Shown here piece after piece: positions 27,740 to 37,476 of a stretch of 64,000 bases of DNA (positions are counted from its first letter, which is position 1; each line of letters starts with the position of its first letter). The DNA comes from Rhodospirillales bacterium (GTDB taxonomy: Bacteria; Pseudomonadota; Alphaproteobacteria; Rhodospirillales; Magnetospirillaceae), in the NCBI GenBank assembly GCA_019455065.1, contig JACFNC010000008.1, forward strand, positions 30,277 through 94,276, given 5' to 3'. A program made the translations under genes and the position numbers. Under the pieces are notes generated by a model that had not been told where the DNA came from, did no database searches, and saw only the letters and a list, made by a program, of their open reading frames with translations.

Positions 27740-29692
27740 ATGGCTCCTCCCGCCTGCCGGCCGATCCCTTGTCAAAGCGCCGCCGAGCGCCTTCATGCCA
27801 TTCATGAACGCCCGGAGGACCGCACCCTGACCGTCGCCGTCATCGGGCATGTCGATCACGGAAAGACCGCGCTCGTACGGGCCCTCACCGGCATCGAAAC
27901 CGACCGTCTCAAGGAGGAGCGCGAGCGCGGCATCTCGATCGTGCTGGGCTTCGCGCCACTGGTTCTCGATGCCGGAACCATCGACCTGATCGACGTGCCC
28001 GGGCATGAGAATTTCGTGCGCACGATGATCGCCGGCGCCGGCGGGGTGGACGCCGTGCTGCTGGTCGTGGCCGCCAACGAGGGGGTGAAGCCGCAGACCG
28101 TCGAGCACCTTGCCATCGCGCGCCTGCTTGGCGTACGGCGCGGCCTTGCGGTGATCAGCAAGGTGGATCTGGCCGACGGGCGGCCGGCGATGGAAGAGGC
28201 GGTGGCGCTGATGGCCCGGAACCGCATCGTCGGCCCCGCGATCGGCGCCTCGGCGCTGACCGGCGAGGGTGTCGCCGAGATACGCGGCGCGTTGGCGGTC
28301 CTGACAAAGGGCGCTCCGAGCCCCGCCGACTGCGGCTTCTGCCACCTGCCCGTCGACCGCGTGTTCTCGTTGCCCGGCCACGGTACGGTCGTCACCGGCA
28401 CGCTGCGGCGCGGCCCGATCGCCGTCGGCGACACCGTCGCGGTCGTTCCCGGCGGTCTCGCTGCCCGCGTGCGCGGCCTGGAACTGCATGGCCGGCCCGT
28501 CGCGAGCGCGCCTCCGGGGCGCCGGGTCGCGGTCAACCTGCGTGGTGTCGCCCGCGAGGCGGTGCCACGTGGCAGTACCCTGGCCACCCCGGGAAGCCTG
28601 CGGCCCGCGACGTGGCTGGACGTCGCGGTAACGGCCCTGGACGCCGCCCTGATCGACGGCGCCGAGCTGGTGCTGCTGACCGGCACCCAGGAGACGCCGG
28701 CACTGCTTCGGGTGCTCGGGAAGCGGGAGGTGCCGCCGGGAACGGAGGCGGTGGCGCAATTGCGCTGCCGCCGGTCGGTCTGCGCGGCAGCGGGGGATGC
28801 GTTCATCCTGCGGCGGGCATCGCCGCCGGCCACGCTGGGTGGCGGACGAATCCTCGATCCGGCCTCGCGGCGAAGGCGGCGCGACCACGCCCTCGCCGCC
28901 TATCTTTCCGGACTGGTCGGGGCGACGCCGGAGCAGGTGGTCGCGGCGAGGCTGGCATCGGGCCCGGCGCCGGTGGCCGAACTCGCGCGCCTTGCCGGCG
29001 TCGCCGCCGACCGTCTGGATCGATCCCTGCGCGCCGCCCGCGCGATCAAATTCGCCGACGGCACCATCGTGGCGGCGGCGGGGCTGGAGCCGCTGCTCCG
29101 GCGGGTACTTGCCACGCTCTCCGGAGCCGCGCGCAAGCCGGACACCATGCGCGGGCTGTCCCCGCCGGCGCTGCGGGCAGCACTGCCCGACATCCCCGGG
29201 GCGGTGGTCGACGGGCTGCTGGGCATTCTGCTGCGCAAGGGACTTGCCGAGCGCAACGGCCCTCTGGTTCGGCGGCCCGGGGCCGGCGGGGTAACGCTGT
29301 CGCAGCGCGAGCACGGCTTGGCCGAGCGCCTGGAGGCGGCCTGTCGGACCGGGGGCTTGACACCGCCCGCGGTCGCGACCTCGGGCGACCGGGCGATGGC
29401 GGCGGCCGTCGCCTATCTGGTGGGCAGCGGCCGGCTGGTCTGCGCGGTCGACCGCGTGCACAAGCGGCGCATCCTGTTCCACCGCGACGTCGTCGCCGAG
29501 GCGCGCCGGCGGCTGGCGCGGGCGTTGGAAACGATGCCCGAGGGCATCACGGTTTCGGAGGCCGGTAGCCTGCTCGGGATTTCGCGCAAGTTCTCGATCC
29601 CCTTGCTCGAGCATCTCGACGCGACGGGCGTCACCCGCCGGGTCGGGGACCGCCGCGTATTGGCCGAGCGGCGCTCTACCCAGATCGCCTGA
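27740..29692 (+). CDS. selB: Selenocysteine-specific translation elongation factor
   Basis: G-domain motifs GHVDHGKT, DVPGHENF and SKVDL, plus a long C-terminal winged-helix region. tRNA-Sec follows 36 nt downstream. The start (ATG 27740) is uncertain. Confidence 0.9.
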   Translation: MAPPACRPIPCQSAAERLHAIHERPEDRTLTVAVIGHVDHGKTALVRALTGIETDRLKEERERGISIVLGFAPLVLDAGTIDLIDVPGHENFVRTMIAGAGGVDAVLLVVAANEGVKPQTVEHLAIARLLGVRRGLAVISKVDLADGRPAMEEAVALMARNRIVGPAIGASALTGEGVAEIRGALAVLTKGAPSPADCGFCHLPVDRVFSLPGHGTVVTGTLRRGPIAVGDTVAVVPGGLAARVRGLELHGRPVASAPPGRRVAVNLRGVAREAVPRGSTLATPGSLRPATWLDVAVTALDAALIDGAELVLLTGTQETPALLRVLGKREVPPGTEAVAQLRCRRSVCAAAGDAFILRRASPPATLGGGRILDPASRRRRRDHALAAYLSGLVGATPEQVVAARLASGPAPVAELARLAGVAADRLDRSLRAARAIKFADGTIVAAAGLEPLLRRVLATLSGAARKPDTMRGLSPPALRAALPDIPGAVVDGLLGILLRKGLAERNGPLVRRPGAGGVTLSQREHGLAERLEAACRTGGLTPPAVATSGDRAMAAAVAYLVGSGRLVCAVDRVHKRRILFHRDVVAEARRRLARALETMPEGITVSEAGSLLGISRKFSIPLLEHLDATGVTRRVGDRRVLAERRSTQIA

Positions 29693-29728
29693 TGGCGGAA
29701 GGCTGCGGCCTGCCGCAAACTGTACGAC

Positions 29729-29821
29729 GGAGGCGATAGGGGTCTGGTGGCCCTCCTGGTCTTCAAAACCAGCGGTCCGTTCGCAGCGGATGGTGGGTTC
29801 GATTCCCATCCGCCTCCGCCA
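29729..29821 (+). tRNA. selC: tRNA-Sec (anticodon UCA)
   Basis: 93 nt. Anticodon arm CTGGT-CTTCAAA-ACCAG, long variable arm, T-loop GGTTCGATTCC, discriminator G plus CCA. Confidence 0.9.
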
Positions 29822-30118
29822 TCACAGCAGCGCACGCAGCGCCTTACGGGCCTCCTCGAGATGCTGCAGTTGAAACCGCGCGCGCGGATATTCGACGCTC
29901 ATCGCCATGCTGAGGGCCGAGTTGGCGACGTCGAGGCGCAACCGTGCCTCCTCCTCGCCGGTCTCGCGCAGCCGACGCACCAACTCGTTGCGGACATCGG
30001 CAATCGCCCGCACGGCGTCCACCATGCTTTGGTCGACCGTGCGCGGCCGCTCGCGGATGATCTCGTCGAGCGCCGCGATCGCCTTGCGGCCGAGGAGGCG
30101 CCACTCCTCCTCAGGCAT
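29822..30118 (-). CDS. Hypothetical helical protein (98 aa), last gene of the formate dehydrogenase operon
   Basis: High GC3. The ATG overlaps the upstream gene end by 8 nt. The stop codon directly abuts the 3' end of tRNA-Sec. Confidence 0.55.
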   Translation of the reverse strand: MPEEEWRLLGRKAIAALDEIIRERPRTVDQSMVDAVRAIADVRNELVRRLRETGEEEARLRLDVANSALSMAMSVEYPRARFQLQHLEEARKALRALL

Positions 30119-31100
30119 CGCCGGCGCCCCCGATCCTCTGGACGCCCCGCGACGGCTGGGTCAGGCGGAAATAGTCGCCGGGCCGGGTCGCCGACCTCTG
30201 GCCGGATTGGAGGAGATGCCCGCGCATTAACGCTTGGCCAACCAGCACGCTCAACGCCGCGGCCACGGAGACCCCCGGCGACGGCCGGCGGACTCCGGCG
30301 TTTAGCGCGTACAGACCAAGAGGGAGCGCGTGGGCCAGGGCGTAGGCGGAGAGGCGGCGCATCCGCTCCCCGCCGCGCGGCGCCTCCACCCCGGCCCGGT
30401 TCTTCGAGGCGTCCGCGGTCAGCGACAGGGCCAGATCCAGTCCGGTGGCCAGCAATGCCAGCCGGTCGAGCGTCTGGCCGGTCCCGCCGCGGCCGCCCGC
30501 CCGCTCGCCCAACGCCAACGCCGCCGCCGCCGAGGCCATGCCGGCCGAGGCCGTGCGCGCCCCCAGCAGCCGGGGCGACGCCGACCAGGCGGGGGTGCTT
30601 GTCGCCGCGAGCAACGCGCCCGTGTAGGTGGTCATCCCGACGCCGGCCAGCGCCGCCGGAACCTGTGCCGCCCGCGCCGCACGACGCCAGCCCAGCGCGT
30701 GGCCGGCCAGCGTCGCGGCGCTGAGGGTGCCGAAGCCGGTGAGAACGAAGGACCCCATGGACATCGGCGAGGTCGGCCGGAAGATGCGCAGCATGTTGTA
30801 CCAGCGGTTCGGCGTCTTGAGATCGCTGATCAAGAGAAGGCCGCCGACCGTCGCGTTGACGACCGCGACGGTGCGGGCATTTCGGACCATCCCGTCCCAT
30901 CGCCGGTCCTTCGAAGCCTCGCCCAGGGCGGCCAGAATCTGGGACCCGCCGGCCATTCCGGCGGCGAACATGTAGGCGCCGATGCGCCAATCCCAGGGGC
31001 TGTGCTTGACCGCCGCGCGGCCGTAATAGGTTTCGCCGCGATAGGCGGCCGGCGCGGCGGGCATGTTGGGGCGCCCATAAGGCAGCGGATGCCCGCTCAC
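30111..31100 (-). CDS. NrfD/PsrC-family membrane anchor subunit
   Basis: SPWDWRIGAYMFAAGMAGGS motif and multiple TM helices. GTGA overlap with the fdnH-like stop; ATG 31064 is an alternative start. Confidence 0.72.
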   Translation of the reverse strand: MSGHPLPYGRPNMPAAPAAYRGETYYGRAAVKHSPWDWRIGAYMFAAGMAGGSQILAALGEASKDRRWDGMVRNARTVAVVNATVGGLLLISDLKTPNRWYNMLRIFRPTSPMSMGSFVLTGFGTLSAATLAGHALGWRRAARAAQVPAALAGVGMTTYTGALLAATSTPAWSASPRLLGARTASAGMASAAAALALGERAGGRGGTGQTLDRLALLATGLDLALSLTADASKNRAGVEAPRGGERMRRLSAYALAHALPLGLYALNAGVRRPSPGVSVAAALSVLVGQALMRGHLLQSGQRSATRPGDYFRLTQPSRGVQRIGGAGDA

Positions 31101-31999
31101 GCCCGCCCCCCGCGCATGAGCGCCGCCGCCGCCAGCGTCAACAGCCCGGCGGTCGCCAATCCGGCCGCCAAAGCCGGTCGCACGCGGTTGGCGGCACGGC
31201 TGGGCGCCGCGGGGAGGTTGTAGACCTCGGGCCGCTCGGTCAGAAGGAAGAAGCAGTTGAGCCAATCCAGGCCGCCAGTCGCGCCGGGCGTTTCGGGCGC
31301 GCCGTACAAATAGGCTGCGGGCTGGCCCTGCGCGTGAAGCTCGAACACCCGAGTCTGGGCGCGGGTGACCAACCCCGACAACTCGCCGAACTGGATCGAA
31401 TCGGTGGGACAGGCCTTGGCGCAGGCCGGTTCCAGGCCGCCCTTCAGCCGGTCGTAGCAGAGCGTGCATTTGTGCGCCTTGCCATCCTGGTCGCTCACCT
31501 CGACGACACCGAACGGACAGGCCGGCACGCAATAGCCGCAACCGTTGCAGATGTCGGTCTGCACGACCACGGTGTCGAACTCGGTCCGGAAGATCGCCCC
31601 CGTCGGGCAGGCCTCGAGGCAGGGGGCGTTGTGGCAGTGCTTGCACACGTCGGACATCATCAGCCAGTTCGACTGATAGGGCGGCATGGTGGTCGAGTCG
31701 CCGCCGCGCCGGCCGATCCGCTCGATGAAGGCGACGTGCCGCCAGGTGTGGGCCGACAAAGCGCCGGTGTTGTCGTAGCTGTCACCCGTCATACGGTCCT
31801 TGTCGGCGGGCAGGTTGTTCCATTCCTTGCACGCCACCTCGCACGCCTTGCATCCGATGCACAGCGTCGTGTCCGTGAAGAAGCCGTAGGACTTCCCCGC
31901 CTCCACCCGTTCGCCGGCGGTGAGTTCGGCCTCGTCGGGGATGACGCCGTCGAGGAAGGGTTGCGGAAAGTCGAGGGCGCGCGGGTGGACCGACGTCAT
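31097..31999 (-). CDS. fdnH: Formate dehydrogenase iron-sulfur subunit (FdnH-like, 4x[4Fe-4S]) with C-terminal TM helix
   Basis: Cys clusters CIGCKACEVAC, CKHCHNAPC, CNGCGYCVPAC and CTLC. ATGA overlap with the alpha subunit gene. Confidence 0.9.
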   Translation of the reverse strand: MTSVHPRALDFPQPFLDGVIPDEAELTAGERVEAGKSYGFFTDTTLCIGCKACEVACKEWNNLPADKDRMTGDSYDNTGALSAHTWRHVAFIERIGRRGGDSTTMPPYQSNWLMMSDVCKHCHNAPCLEACPTGAIFRTEFDTVVVQTDICNGCGYCVPACPFGVVEVSDQDGKAHKCTLCYDRLKGGLEPACAKACPTDSIQFGELSGLVTRAQTRVFELHAQGQPAAYLYGAPETPGATGGLDWLNCFFLLTERPEVYNLPAAPSRAANRVRPALAAGLATAGLLTLAAAALMRGGRA

Positions 32000-34900
32000 C
32001 GCCGCACCTCCTTCAGCCGCCCTTTGCGCAACGCGCAGGTCAGGGCCTTGTTCTCGTGCATGCTGGTGTTGGGATCGGCGACGATGCTGGTGAGCACGTT
32101 GGCGATGTCGCCGGTGGCGTAGCCCTCCCAGCCGAAATGCCAGGGCATTCCGATCTGGTGGACGACCCTTCCGTCCACCCGGAACGGGCGCAGCCGGTCG
32201 GTCACCAGGGCCCGCGTCTGCACCTCGCCGCGCAGGGTCGACAGCACCACCCAGTCGAGGCTGCGGATGCCAAGTCGTTGCGCAAGTTCACTCGGAATCT
32301 CGGCGAAGCCCTCGGGTTGCAGTTCGGCGGTGACCGGAACCGAGCGCGTCGGCGAGCCGCCGGAATGATGCTCGGTCAGTCGGTAGGTGGTCAGGACATG
32401 CGGGAAGCGCGGGTCGGCCTCGTCGTGATAGGTATTGTCGAGGCGCGGCCACAGCTTGGCGGCGGGATTGCTCTGCGCCTTGTACAAGGGATTGTGGATC
32501 GGCGACTCGAAGGGTTCGTAGTGGGTGGGCAACGGCCCGTCCTCGAGCCCCGAGGGCGCGAACAAAGCGGCGCGGCCGTCGGCGATCATGATGAAGGGCT
32601 CGTGGCCGCCGATGGCTTCCATGCCCTTCACGTTGCCGCTCCAGTCCGGGCGGTAGTCCGGCGCCTTGGTTTCCTCGAAGTCGATCTCGTCGGCGCCGAC
32701 CCAGCGGCCCTCGGCGGGCTCCCACCACATCAGCCGCTTGCGCTCGGACCACGGCCGGCCATCGGGATCGGCCGAGGCGCGATTGCCGAGGATGCGCCGG
32801 TTGTTCGGCCATGCGAAGGCCCAGCCGAGATGCATGCCGGGGCCGTCGGGACCGTCCGGCCGCCGCTCGCGCGCCTTGTTGAAACCCTCCCTCGGAAACA
32901 CGCCCGAATAGATCCAGCAGCCGCAGGCGGTGGAGCCGTCGGCGCGGGTGTCCTTGAAGGACGACAGCAGGGCGCCATCCGCGACGCGGTAGCCGTTGAT
33001 CTCCTTCAGCACCGCTTCGGCGTCCGGTTCCTGCCGCCGCGCCTCGACCGGATAGTCCCAGGTCAGGGCCTGTATCGGTTGGTCGCGGGCGCGGTCGCTT
33101 CCCGCGTAGAGTTCCTTCAGGCGCCGGCCGAGATGGTAGACGAACCAGGTTTCCGAGCGGCTGTCGCCCGGGCTGTCGACGACCTGTTCGTGCCATTGCA
33201 CCAGGCGATGGGTGTTGGTGAACGATCCCGCCTTCTCGCCGGTGATGGACGCGGGCATCAGGAACACCTCGGTTGCGATGTCGGCGGGTTGCAGCCCGCC
33301 GTTGCGCACCGGGTCCCCCGCATACCAGAAGCTCGCCGTCTCGGTTTCGGTGAAGTCGCGGACCACCAGCCATTCGAGCCGGCCGAGCCCCTCCTGCACG
33401 AGGCGCGAGTTGCTGCCCCCGATGACCGGGTTCTGGCCGAGAACCACCAGGCCGCGCAGGACGCCATCGGCCATCGCCATCGTCATCGGCAGCTGCGAGT
33501 GGTCGCCGACCATCTTGGGTATCCAGCTATATCCAAAATCACCGGCCTCGTCGGCGGCGGCGCCGTACCAGGCCTTCAGCAGGCTGACCGCATAGTCCGG
33601 GAAGCTGAACCACCAGCCCGTCGGGCTCTGCTCGGTCGCCAGATAATCCTTCAGGGTGGCGTGCGGCTTGAAGGCGTGCGGCTGCGGCAGATAGCCGGGC
33701 AGCATGTCGTAGAGGGTGGGGATGTCGGTCGAGCCCTGGATGCTGGTGTGGCCGCGCAGGGCGAGAATGCCCCCGCCGGGCCGGCCGACATTGCCGAGCA
33801 GCGCCTGGAGGATGGCCGCGGCGCGGATGATCTGCACGCCCGTCGAGTGGTGGGTCCAGCCGACCGCGTAGCAGAACCCCGTGGTGCGCTCGCGACCGGA
33901 GTTCCGGCACAGGGCGTCCGCCACCTTGGCGAACACATCGCGTGGGCAGCCGGTCACGCGCTCGACCATGTCGGGAGTGTAGCGGGCGTAGTGGCGCCTG
34001 AGAATCTGGTAGACGCAGCGGGGATGTTGCAGCGACGGGTCGTTTGGCGGCGGTCCCTCGCTCATGTCCCTGACCTCCTCGGCGAAGGATTCGGTCGTGA
34101 GAACGTGGTGCTCGGCGAGCGAGGAGGGAACGTGCTGGCCCTCGTATTGCCAGGTATCGGCCAGATAGGTCTGCTCGTCCTCGTCCCAGCCGGAAAAGTG
34201 GCCGTCGAGGTCTTCGGGGTCGCGGTAGCCCTCGTGGATGATGGTGCTGAGGTTGGTGAAGCTCATCGCGAATTCGCGGAACCAGAGGTCGTTCTCGAGC
34301 ACGTGGCGGATCAGCCCGCCCAGGAACGCGATGTCGCTGCCGGCGCGCACCGGCGCGTAGATGTCCGCCATCGCCGAAGTCCGCGTGAACCGGGGATCGC
34401 CGTGGATGAGGGTGGCGCCACGGGTCTTGGCCTGCATCACGAAACGGAAGGCGATGGGATGGTTCTCGGCCATGTTCGAGCCCATGACGACGATACAGTC
34501 GGCGTTCGCCAGGTCCCATTGCGGCATGGTCGCCGCGCCGCGGCCGAAGGTGGCACCCAGACTGGGCACCGAGGAGGAGTGTCAGACGCGGGCCTGGTTC
34601 TCGATCCAGGCGGCCCCCAACCCGCCCGAGAACAGCTTCTTGATCAGGTAGTTCTCCTCGTTGTCGAGGGTCGCGCCGCCCAGGGCCCCGAGCCCCAGGG
34701 TGTGATTGACGACGGTGCCGTCGGGCAGGCGCTCGACGAAGGTTTCGTCCCGGGTGCGCTTCACCAGCCGGGCGATGCGGTCCATCGCCCAGTCCAGCGG
34801 CCGTTCCTCCCAGCGGTCGGAATGGGGGGCCCGGTAGAGCACCCGCGACAGCCGCCGCGGGCTGGTCATCCAGTCGAGTGTCGCCGCGCCCTTCGGGCAC

Positions 34901-35169
34901 AGCGTCCCCTGGTTTATGGGGCTGCGCGGATCGCCCTCGACCGCGATCGGCCTCCCGTTCCGGGCGTAAATGAGCTGGGCGCAACCGACGGCGCAATAGG
35001 GGCAGATGCTGGAACCAACCTTGTCCGCCCGCTCCAGCCGCGGCCGCAATGTTTCCGACATGCGCGACCGCGCCGCCTCGGCCATCGCGTCCCGCCCCGC
35101 AAGCTGGCGGGGAATCGACCATTCGCGAAAAAAGTTCCGGCTCCTGGCCACCGGTCCGCGACGCCTCAT
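31996..35169 (-). CDS. fdnG: Selenocysteine-containing formate dehydrogenase catalytic subunit (FdnG/FdoG-like molybdopterin enzyme); UGA-Sec at 34582..34584
   Basis: Track ORFs 34582..35169 and 31996..34569 share one frame (3174 nt). The junction IENQARV-U-HSSSVPSLGATFGRGA matches the FdnG Sec site. CPYCAVGC FeS motif. Confidence 0.92.
34552..34570 (-). promoter_or_regulatory. Putative bacterial SECIS hairpin
   Basis: GGUGCCCA-GUC-UGGGUGCC (8 bp including G:U pairs) starts 11 nt 3' of the UGA. The GU-containing apical loop resembles the E. coli fdhF SECIS. Confidence 0.5.
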
Positions 35170-35402
35170 CCTGGCCTCCCTGGCAATTCGCGAATGTCGT
35201 GGGCGATCGCCGCGATCAGGCTTGCATCCTCGGTGTAGTGCACCTCGACCCGCCGCCGCGTTTCGGCGAGCGCCGGCAGATCCTGCGGCTCCACGGGCGC
35301 GTCCGGGGAAAGGAGAAACAGCATCGGGGCCCGTTGCGGGGTGGGGTCCAGCCGAAACCGGCTCTCCTGAACGATGGTGACGATGCCCGTGATCCGCTTC
35401 AT
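35166..35402 (-). CDS. Hypothetical 78-aa protein translationally coupled to fdnG
   Basis: ATGA stop/start overlap with fdnG. Only the last 78 codons of ORF 35166..36095 look protein-like. Confidence 0.45.
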   Translation of the reverse strand: MKRITGIVTIVQESRFRLDPTPQRAPMLFLLSPDAPVEPQDLPALAETRRRVEVHYTEDASLIAAIAHDIRELPGRPG

Positions 35403-35516
35403 CCCTGCGCCTCTCTTTCTCGCGCCAACAACGGGCGGCGCATCGGGTTCCCAGGCATCTTTCCCAACAAGTGCGGTTGAGGAACTTCCCGCCCGGCCCG
35501 CCGTTGACTGGAGCGT

Positions 35517-36089
35517 ATGGATGAAACGGAGGGTGGTATGGCGAACAGATTGATCACCTTTGCCGGAGGCGCATCGCTCGGCTTCATCGCGAGCCGAATT
35601 CTGCCACCGCTGGTGTCGCAGACCGTCGCCTCCTGGAATACGGCCCGGGGGCACGATCCTTTCCAGTATCTGGCAGAGGACCACGACCGCTTCCGGCGCC
35701 TGTTGGCGGAGATGGAGGAAAGCCGAGGCAAGGGCACATTCCACCGCACCCAGCTTCTGGCGCGGCTGAAGCGCGGCCTGGCCGCCCACGCGATGGCCGA
35801 GGAGGACGTGATCTATCCGCTGATTCACGACGAGGTAGGGGCCGAGGTGGCGGCGGAGCGCCTGTATTCGGAACACGGCATGATCAAGACCCATCTCTAC
35901 GCGCTGGAACGGACCATGGGCGACGAGGTTGCCTGGCTCGATCGCGCCGCCGCCCTGCGCCGACTGCTCGACGCCCACGCCAGACAAGAGGAGGAAGTGG
36001 AGTTCCCGCGCCTGCGGGGACTGCTCGACCACGACGCCTTGGCCCGCACGGCGCGCCACATCCGGCGGGAAAAGGCGATGATGCTCTAG
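35517..36089 (+). CDS. Hemerythrin-like (HHE cation-binding) domain protein
   Basis: LAEDHDRFRRLL, HAMAEEDVIYP and HARQEEEVEFP His/Glu motifs. Confidence 0.78.
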   Translation: MDETEGGMANRLITFAGGASLGFIASRILPPLVSQTVASWNTARGHDPFQYLAEDHDRFRRLLAEMEESRGKGTFHRTQLLARLKRGLAAHAMAEEDVIYPLIHDEVGAEVAAERLYSEHGMIKTHLYALERTMGDEVAWLDRAAALRRLLDAHARQEEEVEFPRLRGLLDHDALARTARHIRREKAMML

Positions 36090-36091
36090 CC

Positions 36092-36751
36092 TCACGGGGA
36101 TCGGGGCGACGGCCGCGACAGGTGATCGAGGAACCAGGCCTGGGCCAGGCGGACGACCTCGTCGAGCGTTCCGGGCTCCTCGAACAAGTGGCTGGCGCCC
36201 TCGACGACGGCCAGCCGCTTCTCGCAGCGCAGAGCATCGTAAGCCTCGCGGTTGAGGTCGACCACCACGTCGTCATCGCCACCGACGATGAGGAGCGTCG
36301 GTGCCGTCACCGCGCCGAGAGCCCGCATCGCCAGGTCGGGCCGGCCGCCGCGCGACACGATGGCCCCCACCTGCGAGCCGGGCAATGCCGCCGCCGCAAG
36401 CGCGGCCGCGGCTCCCGTGCTCGCGCCGAAATAGCCCATGCGCAGGCCCGCGGTTTCAGCGCACTCCCGAGACACCCAGTCACTCGCGGCGGCCAAGCGA
36501 ACAGCAAGCAGGCCAACGTCGAACACGTTGCTACGCACCTGCTCCTCATCGGGACTCAGCAGGTCGAACAGTAAGCTCGCCAGTCCCGCCTCGGCGAGGC
36601 ATTGCGCCACGTAATTGTTGCGTGGACTGCGTTTGCCGCTGCCGCTGCCATGCGCGAACAGCACCAAACCCTCGGCGCCCTCGGGATGCCGCAGAATGCC
36701 GTCGCGGGCCAAAGGCGGCAGCGGGAAATCGCGTGCTTCGACGGCGGCCAT
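36092..36751 (-). CDS. Dienelactone hydrolase-like alpha/beta hydrolase
   Basis: LVLFAHGSGSGKRSPRN, GYFGASTGAAAAL nucleophile elbow and GASHLF. Start at MAAVEARDF (36751). Confidence 0.78.
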   Translation of the reverse strand: MAAVEARDFPLPPLARDGILRHPEGAEGLVLFAHGSGSGKRSPRNNYVAQCLAEAGLASLLFDLLSPDEEQVRSNVFDVGLLAVRLAAASDWVSRECAETAGLRMGYFGASTGAAAALAAAALPGSQVGAIVSRGGRPDLAMRALGAVTAPTLLIVGGDDDVVVDLNREAYDALRCEKRLAVVEGASHLFEEPGTLDEVVRLAQAWFLDHLSRPSPRSP

Positions 36752-36937
36752 GGCACGACCCCTAACAGTTGCGGACGTCCAGGGTGCGTGTCGATTCGGC
36801 CGCCGGCAAGAGGGTCGCCGCGCCTCTATCCCGAATCGTCCGCCGCACGCTCGCGGTCGCCCGCACAAGCCCGCGCCCCCCCGGAACACCGGGGATGCCG
36901 CCCGTGTTATTCCCGTGCCCACGGCGCGGCTGCCCAA

Positions 36938-37462
36938 ATGAACGATCCTTCCCCGCCCCCCGACGCATTCGAACGGCCGGCGCTGGAAATCGGCGAGGAC
37001 TTGAAGTTTCAGCGTCGCACTTGGCGGGTCCAGAGAATTGGGTGGGCAATCATGGTGCTTCTGGTCGGCGCCGCGGTTTCCGGGGTGTTCGCGTCAGGGC
37101 CGCTGAGCGAGGCCGAGACCCACGATCCCGACGGGACGGTCGTCGTCGAGTACGAACGCTTCATTCGACGAATGGCGCCCACCACGCTCCGCATCCGGTT
37201 CCTGGGCCCGGTTGCCAATGCCGACCCTGTCGCCATCGAGTTCCGCAATTCCTTCGCCGAGGATGTGGATATCGAGACGGTCAGGCCGGAGCCCGATCAC
37301 ATGGCCGCGATGCCGGACGGCGTTCGGATGGCGTTTCGCCTGGCGCAAGAGGGTGGAGCGGTCACTCTCAGAATCAAACCCCAAGCCGTCGGCTTGCTAC
37401 GCGGCGAGGTGAGCATCGTCGGGCGCCGGCCGGCGCGGCTGTCGCAAATCGTCTATCCGTGA
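36938..37462 (+). CDS. Hypothetical single-pass membrane protein
   Basis: One N-terminal TM helix (IGWAIMVLLVGAAVSGVF) followed by a soluble domain. GC3-rich. I recognise no family. Confidence 0.5.
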   Translation: MNDPSPPPDAFERPALEIGEDLKFQRRTWRVQRIGWAIMVLLVGAAVSGVFASGPLSEAETHDPDGTVVVEYERFIRRMAPTTLRIRFLGPVANADPVAIEFRNSFAEDVDIETVRPEPDHMAAMPDGVRMAFRLAQEGGAVTLRIKPQAVGLLRGEVSIVGRRPARLSQIVYP

Positions 37463-37476
37463 TCGGAGCACAAGGC

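Noticed and set aside
32056-35238. 1060-aa plus-strand ORF covering the whole formate dehydrogenase gene region
   Set aside because: It is antisense to a gene with unmistakable FdnG motifs. The product is low-complexity Arg/Gly/Ala/Pro-rich with no motifs. This is the typical stop-free shadow frame of high-GC DNA.
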